From a virus (lineage: Duplodnaviria; Caudoviricetes), in IMG/VR virus record IMGVR_UViG_3300030330_005471: a DNA stretch of 64,000 nt; one strand, written 5' to 3'. Below, in pieces: positions 7,534 to 14,961 of the stretch. The notes under the pieces are model-generated. The model saw only the letters and a program-made list of their open reading frames with translations. It did not search any database and was not told the DNA's origin. The translations under genes and the position numbers were made by a program. Positions within the stretch are counted from its first letter, which is position 1; every line of letters begins with the position of its first letter.

Positions 7534-8925
7534 GTGAAATATAAAAAAATATCTTTTGATTGGGACAATACAATAGCTATGAGCTATATGATTGACTCTG
7601 AAGAAGACTCAGAGTTACCAATTTATAACTTTCAGGGCTACAATATAGACATTATTGAGAAAATTAAAGAATATCATTCTCAAGGAGTTGAATTGTACAT
7701 CGTTACTTCAAGAAAAAGGTCTCTTGAAGAGTATTATCCTGAAGATTCAGTGGAATTTCAACTAAAAAGGTTAAAATTAGACCACATCTTCCCCTCAGTA
7801 AGGGTTCACTATACCGAAGGAGACTTAAAAGCAAAAACTTTGAGGCAATTGGGCATAGAATTACACCATGATGACAGCATGGAAGAGATATTAGAGTGTC
7901 AAAGGTACGGAATTGAAGTACTTTCTTCTCTTAAAAGCTATAAAGACTCAAATATTGTCACTAAAGGTATCATTACAGACATTCATAACAGTATTTTGTT
8001 ACTTAGAAGAACAGATGAAGGTACTAAATGGGACATTCCGGGTGGTCATATCAAAAATATTGAGGTTGAACGCGGTCTAAAAGGTATTGCTGATGGTTAT
8101 GAGCGTGAAGTAGCCGAGGAAACTGGCTTAATTGTACCTCAATCGAGGTTAATTCATCAATATACTCACACTTGGAAGGGTGAAGACATGGATATGCACA
8201 TATTATGGACAGATTATGCCGTAGAAGAACCACCAGTTGACCTATTTGTACAAGATTTTCAAGAAAATTCGGAGTTTGTATGGGCTCAAGAGGAAGATTT
8301 GCACATATATATGGCAAATATGACTGAAGTAGCCTCAATTGCTATACAATTTTACCTTGATAATACAGATAATCCCGAAATTATGGAAGGAAAATACCTT
8401 CCATCACAGTCTCAGTCGTGGGCTAAGATGAAAAAGAAGCTAACAGAGATAAAAAAACCACAAATTACAAACGTTTCCGAAGAAAGGGAACGAAAAAAAA
8501 AAGAATTAAGGTTAAAATTATCAAAAATATTAGCAAAAACTACTAAAAGTTCCTCAAAAGGTAAGCGAGGTGGCAATATATTGGACATTTTAAACGATAT
8601 GGATAGCATATTAAAGGGCAATCCAATGATAAATGCCTCTCAAGAAGAGAAAGATTTGTATTTTGCGGAAACATTGAGTAAATTCATGAAGGATTCGAAT
8701 GGAAATCCGTTTGAACAAGTCAAAATTAAGGGCGAAGGGTATGGTTATTACTACTCAATGAGCGATAAGAAGACAATTTTGGTCCCAAGAGCTGGAGAAT
8801 ACTACTTAATCTCCAATAAAGCTGACCACAAAGGCCGATTAAGGTTGTATTCTCACTATAAATTCACCACAGGGATAGTTATTTTGGTTCCGGAAGACGA
8901 AATTGAAAGAATTGGGTGGAATTGA
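7534..8925 (+). CDS. HAD-like phosphatase + Nudix hydrolase fusion with unknown C-terminal domain
   Basis: SFDWDNT (DxD), IVTSR, HHDD; Nudix box WDIPGG...REVAEETGL; AAGGAGG SD, GTG start. Confidence 0.8.
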   Translation: MKYKKISFDWDNTIAMSYMIDSEEDSELPIYNFQGYNIDIIEKIKEYHSQGVELYIVTSRKRSLEEYYPEDSVEFQLKRLKLDHIFPSVRVHYTEGDLKAKTLRQLGIELHHDDSMEEILECQRYGIEVLSSLKSYKDSNIVTKGIITDIHNSILLLRRTDEGTKWDIPGGHIKNIEVERGLKGIADGYEREVAEETGLIVPQSRLIHQYTHTWKGEDMDMHILWTDYAVEEPPVDLFVQDFQENSEFVWAQEEDLHIYMANMTEVASIAIQFYLDNTDNPEIMEGKYLPSQSQSWAKMKKKLTEIKKPQITNVSEERERKKKELRLKLSKILAKTTKSSSKGKRGGNILDILNDMDSILKGNPMINASQEEKDLYFAETLSKFMKDSNGNPFEQVKIKGEGYGYYYSMSDKKTILVPRAGEYYLISNKADHKGRLRLYSHYKFTTGIVILVPEDEIERIGWN

Positions 8926-9056
8926 TGACCGAATTTGTTGAAAAATGGCTTATTTTTCTGTTATCTGTGGTCTTTTTTATGATAATTTACTATTTTAGTG
9001 GGTTCGAGGTCACAATCATCCTGATTTTACTAGTTATTTTGAACAAAATGAGGTAA
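8925..9056 (+). CDS. small membrane protein (43 aa)
   Basis: TGATG coupling; MTEFVEKWLIFLLSVVFFMIIYYFSGFEVTIILILLVILNKMR*. Confidence 0.55.
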   Translation: MTEFVEKWLIFLLSVVFFMIIYYFSGFEVTIILILLVILNKMR

Positions 9057-9063
9057 TTTGCAC

Positions 9064-9450
9064 ATGAAAATCACAAAAAATAAGCTATTAGAGTTAATTC
9101 AAGAGGAATTTGCCCTTGTAAAAGCCGAGGATACCCCTCAAAATAACCCAATTTCGGCCCCAAATAACCCTTATTTCGACTATCCTGACGAGGAAGGAAA
9201 GATGGCAAAACGCCAATTAGAGCAGTTATCTGACTATTCTAACGAACTTTTGGGTATGTTGAATGACAATGAACAGCTTGAATCTTGGGTTCAAAGTAAG
9301 ATTACCAAGGCTGTTGACTATATTTCGACTGTAAAGCATTATTTAGAGTACGAAATGGGTATGGGTAATGAAGAAAGTGGTGGTTGTGGCTCAAATCCTC
9401 ACGATATGAGTGGAGAAAAGCTCCATATTTACGAAGAAGAAGAAACCTGA
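9064..9450 (+). CDS. putative head-associated protein with MKIT-leader
   Basis: MKITKNKLLELIQEE; LESWVQSKITKAVDYI segment resembles ones I recall from T4-like marine phage proteins. Confidence 0.65.
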   Translation: MKITKNKLLELIQEEFALVKAEDTPQNNPISAPNNPYFDYPDEEGKMAKRQLEQLSDYSNELLGMLNDNEQLESWVQSKITKAVDYISTVKHYLEYEMGMGNEESGGCGSNPHDMSGEKLHIYEEEET

Positions 9451-9492
9451 CCTGATAAAATGTAGATCGGTCGATTTACAATAGGATAAATA

Positions 9493-9735
9493 ATGACTCT
9501 GGGACAAACGTATCTAGATAAATTTAAAATTGGAGATTATGTTCATTGGAGAACAATAATTAGAGATTCAAATTACGATGAATACTATAAAGAATACTGG
9601 GGCATAATAACAAGCTTCGAAAATGTAAAAAATAGAAATAAAAGAGATGTCTGGTATGCTCTCGTGCTAGAAAACAAAAGCGGAAGAACAATACCAGTAT
9701 TATTGCATAAAATACGAAAAGTGGAGACTAATTAA
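9493..9735 (+). CDS. hypothetical protein (SH3/KOW-like)
   Basis: AGGA SD; FKIGDYVHW...YWGII pattern. Confidence 0.6.
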   Translation: MTLGQTYLDKFKIGDYVHWRTIIRDSNYDEYYKEYWGIITSFENVKNRNKRDVWYALVLENKSGRTIPVLLHKIRKVETN

Positions 9736-9738
9736 TAT

Positions 9739-10848
9739 ATGTCTTGTAAAATACACAACAACTCTGACTATGATATATCTGAGATGAAACCTTTGATAAG
9801 AAATCTGTATGGTTTCGCAAAGGATAGGTTTGGTTTTAAGAAACCGCCTTCAATTGATTTTGTCTCGGACCAAACGAACCACCCAATGCTTGGTAAAACA
9901 GCACACTATGAGCCTACATCAATGAAGATAACCATATATACTGATGGTCGTCATCCAAAAGATATGATGCGTTCTATTGCTCATGAACTGGTTCACCATA
10001 TGCAGAATGAGAATGGCCATTTTGACGACGAAATGATGACTCAAATGGGTTATGCCCAAAAAGATCCACATTTGAGAAAAATGGAAGAAGAAGCCTATTT
10101 AGAAGGTAATATGTGTTTTAGAGATTGGGAAGATCAATACAAAACCAAAAACAAAGATATTTTTTACGAAAGGAGAATACGCAAAATGTCAACGAAAAAA
10201 TGGAAAAACAAGGAGCTTAATGGGCTTTTAAACGAACGTTGGGGATTCTCCATGAATCTCGATAAACTAAACGAAGGTAGTAAAAAAAAGAAACCTGACG
10301 AAGATGGAGACGGTGTTCCTGACTGGGCTGATAAAAAACCCGGAAAAGATGATCACGAAGAAGAGAAAGAAGAGAAAGAAGAAGAAGTTAACGAGATAAA
10401 TATGAAAAATGCTCTTTCTGGTGACACTGATGAAACACCAATGAGTGATCTTGAAGCTCAAGAAGAAGCACCCAATACTCTTCAAAATGCTCCGAAAGAA
10501 AATCTTGACGCACTAATAGCAGCAGTAAAAGATGCTGGAACGCAACAACAGGTTGATGAACTAGCTGAGATGATTAAAGCATATTTATCAACACTCACTC
10601 CATCACCTGAAGATGTACAAGAGGCTGCTGATTTATCTATTGGTGACGTATCAGAAAAACAAGCCAAGATTAGAACTGCCATAATTATGGCTATAAAAAA
10701 AGCCACTGGACTGACACTTAAGCCTGAAAATGTTAGTGATGTTGTAGATACTGTTCTAGCTGCCGTGCAGGGTTATTCAACAACTCGTCAAGCTGCTGTA
10801 AAACACTTGGCTCAAACACCATCTAAAGAAAAAACTAATGAAAATTAA
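9739..10848 (+). CDS. zincin-like (HExxH) domain fused to an acidic C-terminal region
   Basis: RSIAHELVHH...MEEEA; internal SD-ATG at 10186; DEDGDGVPD motif. Confidence 0.7.
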   Translation: MSCKIHNNSDYDISEMKPLIRNLYGFAKDRFGFKKPPSIDFVSDQTNHPMLGKTAHYEPTSMKITIYTDGRHPKDMMRSIAHELVHHMQNENGHFDDEMMTQMGYAQKDPHLRKMEEEAYLEGNMCFRDWEDQYKTKNKDIFYERRIRKMSTKKWKNKELNGLLNERWGFSMNLDKLNEGSKKKKPDEDGDGVPDWADKKPGKDDHEEEKEEKEEEVNEINMKNALSGDTDETPMSDLEAQEEAPNTLQNAPKENLDALIAAVKDAGTQQQVDELAEMIKAYLSTLTPSPEDVQEAADLSIGDVSEKQAKIRTAIIMAIKKATGLTLKPENVSDVVDTVLAAVQGYSTTRQAAVKHLAQTPSKEKTNEN

Positions 10849-11767
10849 AATTAATAAAAAAGAAGAAATAGAGGAAGTCTCTGCTGTGGGTGTAGGGGCA
10901 ATACAAGGAAGTGCTGTTAGTAATATGGCATCTCACCCACCAAGACAAGGGACGGATAAAAGAATGAAACAAGATGAACAAACTGAACAAATGTTAAGAG
11001 AATACATCAGAAACAAGATCAGGCAAACACTAGATGAAGAAAAGAAACAAGAACAACAACTTCGAGAAGTGATTCGTTCGATTATCAAAGAAGCCAAAGA
11101 TCAGGCTAACCCTCACCCAAGTACTGGTATTAATAAACTTCGTGATGCTTTTCGTAAAGCAAAGCCCTCTATCAAATCAAAGTTTCAACAATTAACAACA
11201 TCAGAAGAGCAGAGAACATCTTTTACGGCTCATCTTTTGAATGCATTCATAAGCCTCTTTCAACAGATGGACGCGTTAAATGCTCAAGGTGGGGACCCCG
11301 AACCTGTACCAGATGCAGAGATAGCGGGACCTTCTTTGGCCGCTCCTCCTGAAGGAGAAGATGTCCAAGCAGATATAAAAGATGATATCTCAAATCTTCT
11401 ACAAGAGATATCTGTTGATATAGAAGACGACGAAAACATTGATGTAGTAACAGATGAAGAAGAACCAGCACCACAATCACAAGTAGAAAAGGATGTTGAG
11501 AAAAAGAAGAACTTAAATGCCGAAAGAGAAGAATTTGGTTCTGGTCTCTCCGATATGGATAAGACCGGTAGAAACCAATCCTTTGATGCATTTCGTTTAG
11601 TACAGTCATATTTTTCTGATGCTTATCTGGACTTAGATAATGAAACAGATAGACAGATGTTTAAAGATTGGTGTCTGTATAATCTCGAACTGTTGCTTAA
11701 GTCATATGAGTCTGAGCTCAACCCTGCTCTTGAAAAACCTGAGATTGAGAATCCGGAAGGTGCCTAG
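10838..11767 (+). CDS. acidic coiled-coil protein, possibly head/scaffold-associated
   Basis: Internal leader-like helices LREYIRNKIRQTLDEE and LREVIRSIIKEA. Confidence 0.55.
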   Translation: MKIKINKKEEIEEVSAVGVGAIQGSAVSNMASHPPRQGTDKRMKQDEQTEQMLREYIRNKIRQTLDEEKKQEQQLREVIRSIIKEAKDQANPHPSTGINKLRDAFRKAKPSIKSKFQQLTTSEEQRTSFTAHLLNAFISLFQQMDALNAQGGDPEPVPDAEIAGPSLAAPPEGEDVQADIKDDISNLLQEISVDIEDDENIDVVTDEEEPAPQSQVEKDVEKKKNLNAEREEFGSGLSDMDKTGRNQSFDAFRLVQSYFSDAYLDLDNETDRQMFKDWCLYNLELLLKSYESELNPALEKPEIENPEGA

Positions 11768-12120
11768 TGTGGCAAAAGAAAAACAATGAATATAAAGGCA
11801 AGTCTTATTATTACTCAACGATAAACAAACTAAAGAAAGAAAAGAAGATAAACGATAAGTTTGAAAACATGCTATCTGCTCTAACTCTAGAAGAAATAAT
11901 AGCAGTTAAACTTGAGCTTTCCGCGAGATATCTCAACAACAGAATGTACAACTTTCAGATTTGGAAGTCACTGGAGTCTATTTGCAAAGAAGCTGTTGTT
12001 CGTTTTGCTCTTTCTTCATGCCGCTCAAAACTTGACGCCGCAAGCTTTTTAGGATTAAGTCTTGGTGAATTAAATATTAATTTAAAAAAAATGAACATTT
12101 TTCTTGACAACAAAGAATGA
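11767..12120 (+). CDS. Fis-like helix-turn-helix protein
   Basis: C-terminal KEAVVRFAL...KLDAASFLGLS...LNINLKKMNI matches the Fis/HTH_8 pattern. Confidence 0.55.
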   Translation: MWQKKNNEYKGKSYYYSTINKLKKEKKINDKFENMLSALTLEEIIAVKLELSARYLNNRMYNFQIWKSLESICKEAVVRFALSSCRSKLDAASFLGLSLGELNINLKKMNIFLDNKE

Positions 12121-12132
12121 ACGTGTTATAAT
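12104..12132 (+). promoter_or_regulatory. sigma70-type promoter
   Basis: TTGACA-17-TATAAT with TG extension. Confidence 0.85.
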
Positions 12133-12149
12133 ATAGTTGTAGGTGGAAA

Positions 12150-12977
12150 ATGAAAAACATTGTTTTATTTGACATGGATGGAACTCTTACCAAACCAAGG
12201 AAAGTGATCGAAGATGGTATCATCCCTGCTTTAAGGGAACTATCAAAGGTATCTGAAATTGGTATTGTTACTGGTTCTGATTATGATTATGTCCACCAAC
12301 AAATAGGAATGCTGCTGGAGAAGTCGGAGTTAAGATACCGAATTCATATCCTCCCCTGTAATGGCACAAAATATTATCCTCCTCCCAACAGTGCCAACAA
12401 AGAGTATCGAATAGCTCACCAAGTTAATATGAGAGAAAAATTAGGTGAAACCAAGTTTAGAGCTGTTATTTCGTACCTTCTCCAGCGGCAGCACCTTATG
12501 AAATTGTATGATATCCCTTTCACAGGTCACCATATAGATTATAGAGGTTCTCTTATCAACTGGTGTCCGATAGGACGAAATGCCAATGAAGCGGATAGAA
12601 CACAATTCATAGAATTTGATACTAAGGGCAGCAGCACCGACACATTTCGACACGACGAAATAAGAGGTTTTAATGTTCGAGTTATAAATGACATGCTTAT
12701 AAAGGATATTACAATTAAAATGGGCGGAGATACATCGTTTGATATATTCCCAATAGGATGGGATAAAACATATTGCCTAAGACATTTTAAAGATTATCAA
12801 CCAGCTTATTTTGTTGGTGATCGTTGTGAGCCAAACGGAAATGATTGGGAAATATACAACGCTCTTAGTTACAATGGCCGAGCTTTTAAAACCACAGGCC
12901 CTGAACAGACATCTGAAATTATCTTTGATCACATTATTCCTTCTATCCTGCGTAGCGGGGAACAAGATGATAGATGA
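12150..12977 (+). CDS. eukaryotic-type phosphomannomutase (HAD IIB, PMM family)
   Basis: LFDMDGTLT.PR, VTGSD, INWCPIGR, GGDTSFDIFPIGWDKTYCLRH, FVGD...GNDWEIY. Confidence 0.88.
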   Translation: MKNIVLFDMDGTLTKPRKVIEDGIIPALRELSKVSEIGIVTGSDYDYVHQQIGMLLEKSELRYRIHILPCNGTKYYPPPNSANKEYRIAHQVNMREKLGETKFRAVISYLLQRQHLMKLYDIPFTGHHIDYRGSLINWCPIGRNANEADRTQFIEFDTKGSSTDTFRHDEIRGFNVRVINDMLIKDITIKMGGDTSFDIFPIGWDKTYCLRHFKDYQPAYFVGDRCEPNGNDWEIYNALSYNGRAFKTTGPEQTSEIIFDHIIPSILRSGEQDDR

Positions 12978-13392
12978 AGAGTTGATGAAACAACTAAAAG
13001 AAACCATTCTCAAGACTTTGAATAATGGTATTGCTTATACTCATATGACTGAACTTGAAAGAGACGAGAAGGAGCAAGAAATAGTAGAACACCTCAAGTC
13101 AAAGGGATATGATGTATTCATTGAAGAGTGCATGATATATGTCTTGGGAAAACAATGGAGTAAGATTCTTATGATGGAATTGACCAGAAATACGCTATAT
13201 TTTACACCATTTAAAGTCTCAGAAGTATCAGAAGTAGTATTTTATATTTTACAATTAGTGTCTAAGAAATATTTAGATAGTATGCCAAAGGTTGAACCTA
13301 AAGCATCAGAAAAAGAAGAGGAGATAGAAGAGGATACTGATGAAGACACGGAAGAAGATCCGAAGCCTCCACCAGATTTCTCTTTCTTATAA
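12967..13392 (+). CDS. hypothetical protein with acidic C-terminal tail
   Basis: Likely start ATG 12967 overlapping the PMM end; the longer ORF-track start overlaps PMM heavily. Confidence 0.6.
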   Translation: MIDEELMKQLKETILKTLNNGIAYTHMTELERDEKEQEIVEHLKSKGYDVFIEECMIYVLGKQWSKILMMELTRNTLYFTPFKVSEVSEVVFYILQLVSKKYLDSMPKVEPKASEKEEEIEEDTDEDTEEDPKPPPDFSFL

Positions 13393-13721
13393 TGATTATG
13401 AAAATGTTTTACTTAAAAAGATTAGAAGATGAATCGGGAGTTTCCGGAACCGGAAGAGTAGCTCAAGGTTTTATCTTTGATAATGGCAAGGTTGCTGTAA
13501 CTTGGCTCTCAGAGCATCCATCAGTAACTATCTATGACAATATTGGAGAAGTCCACGCCATTCATTCCCACGGAGGAAAAACTGAAGTGGTGATGGAGCC
13601 TGATTATAAAAGAGCATTTGGAGAGCTTAAATCGTTTATTGACGAGTTCTCTCTGGCCGATGCTTGTTTGTCAAAAGTTTCAAGTGAATCATCAGCGGGT
13701 AAACTGATAACTAAAAACTAG
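13392..13721 (+). CDS. conserved phage hypothetical protein
   Basis: FYLKRLEDESGVSGTGRVAQG...GKVAVTW...HSHGGKT pattern recalled from other phages; function unknown. Confidence 0.7.
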   Translation: MIMKMFYLKRLEDESGVSGTGRVAQGFIFDNGKVAVTWLSEHPSVTIYDNIGEVHAIHSHGGKTEVVMEPDYKRAFGELKSFIDEFSLADACLSKVSSESSAGKLITKN

Positions 13722-13728
13722 TTATTTT

Positions 13729-14220
13729 GTGACTCCTAAATACACTCTCAAACTCGATGCATCCTATCGTCCGATAGAGATAATACCCGTCCATAAAGGC
13801 TTTAATATGGTCTATTCTGGCCGTGCAAAATGTTTGGAGTCTTACCACACCGGTCCAACAAGAAACACGCTTTATCCGTCCGTTATCGTCCTTAAAACGT
13901 ATATATCAAAACGACGGTTGACTATAAGTTGTAATCGGAGAAATGTCATATGGAGAGACAAGAACACCTGCCAATATTGTGGAGGTGTTTTTTTGTATAA
14001 GGAACTTACGATGGATCATGTTTACCCAAGATCCTTGGGAGGTCAAAAGTCTTGGGACAATATTGTTGCAAGCTGCAAACGATGTAACAGTCGCAAGGGA
14101 CACAAAACAATTGAAGAATTTGGAAAAAAACCCTTGACAAACCCGAAAAAACCTGCTATAACTATAAGAGAGTATTATAGAAATATTCCTTTTCCTATAT
14201 CGTGGGAAAGATACATTTAG
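13729..14220 (+). CDS. HNH endonuclease
   Basis: RDKNTCQYCG, LTMDHVYPRSLGG, WDNIVASCKRCNSRKG. Confidence 0.92.
   Translation: MTPKYTLKLDASYRPIEIIPVHKGFNMVYSGRAKCLESYHTGPTRNTLYPSVIVLKTYISKRRLTISCNRRNVIWRDKNTCQYCGGVFLYKELTMDHVYPRSLGGQKSWDNIVASCKRCNSRKGHKTIEEFGKKPLTNPKKPAITIREYYRNIPFPISWERYI
14134..14162 (+). promoter_or_regulatory. sigma70-type promoter inside the HNH gene
   Basis: TTGACA-17-TATAAC with TG extension, ~65 bp upstream of the cytidylyltransferase ATG. Confidence 0.65.
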
Positions 14221-14228
14221 GAGTTATA

Positions 14229-14654
14229 ATGGATAAACCGCTAATAGCCGTTTCCGGAGGCTTTGATCCGGTACATATTGGCCATGTAAGAATGATAAGA
14301 GATGCTTCTCGATATGGAGACGTGCTAGTTATTATTAATTCTGATGAATGGCTTATGAGAAAGAAGGGATACGTTTTTATGCCTTGGAAGGAACGAGCCG
14401 AAATCATGGGAAATATCAAAGGAGTAACTGTCGTTACATCTGTTGATGATTCTGATGGAACTGTGTGTGAGGCACTTATAAGGTGCAAACCTCATGCCTT
14501 TGCAAACGGTGGAGACCGAAAAGATAAAAACACACCAGAAATGGACCTGTGTGACCACATAGGTATAGAAATGATGTGGGCTGTTGGTGGAAATAACAAA
14601 CCACAATCATCCTCATGGCTAATTAACAACATAAAGGAGAAAGAAAATGGATGA
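14229..14654 (+). CDS. cytidylyl/adenylyltransferase (HIGH family, TagD/RfaE-like)
   Basis: SGGFDPVHIGH, ERAEI, FANGGDR, QSSS; TAGGAG SD. Confidence 0.88.
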   Translation: MDKPLIAVSGGFDPVHIGHVRMIRDASRYGDVLVIINSDEWLMRKKGYVFMPWKERAEIMGNIKGVTVVTSVDDSDGTVCEALIRCKPHAFANGGDRKDKNTPEMDLCDHIGIEMMWAVGGNNKPQSSSWLINNIKEKENG

Positions 14655-14898
14655 ATCAATATCAGATCAATTAATGGAGGTTACAAAACTCCTCCAAGAA
14701 GCAGATGATGAAACAAGAGCTTTGTTTGCCACATGTTTTGATGCTGCGAGACAGCTTGGTGAGAAAGGTCTCACACTAAAGCAAGTCCAAGTAATTGCAA
14801 TGATGGGCCAACAGACAGCCGTCAATCCTCAACTAAAGCAAATGATGAAATATTTATCAAGTATGATGCAGTTTGATCCCGATGCAGAATTTAATTAA
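14647..14898 (+). CDS. hypothetical protein
   Basis: AAGGAG SD; helical 83-aa ORF. Confidence 0.65.
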   Translation: MDESISDQLMEVTKLLQEADDETRALFATCFDAARQLGEKGLTLKQVQVIAMMGQQTAVNPQLKQMMKYLSSMMQFDPDAEFN

Positions 14899-14903
14899 AC
14901 AAG

Positions 14904-14929
14904 AAGCAGGCAAAAAGCCTGCTTTTTTT
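14904..14929 (+). terminator. intrinsic terminator
   Basis: AAGCAGGC-AAAAA-GCCTGCTT hairpin followed by a T-tract. Confidence 0.85.
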
Positions 14930-14961
14930 CTATTTAAGTTAAACAAATAGGAACACAAATA

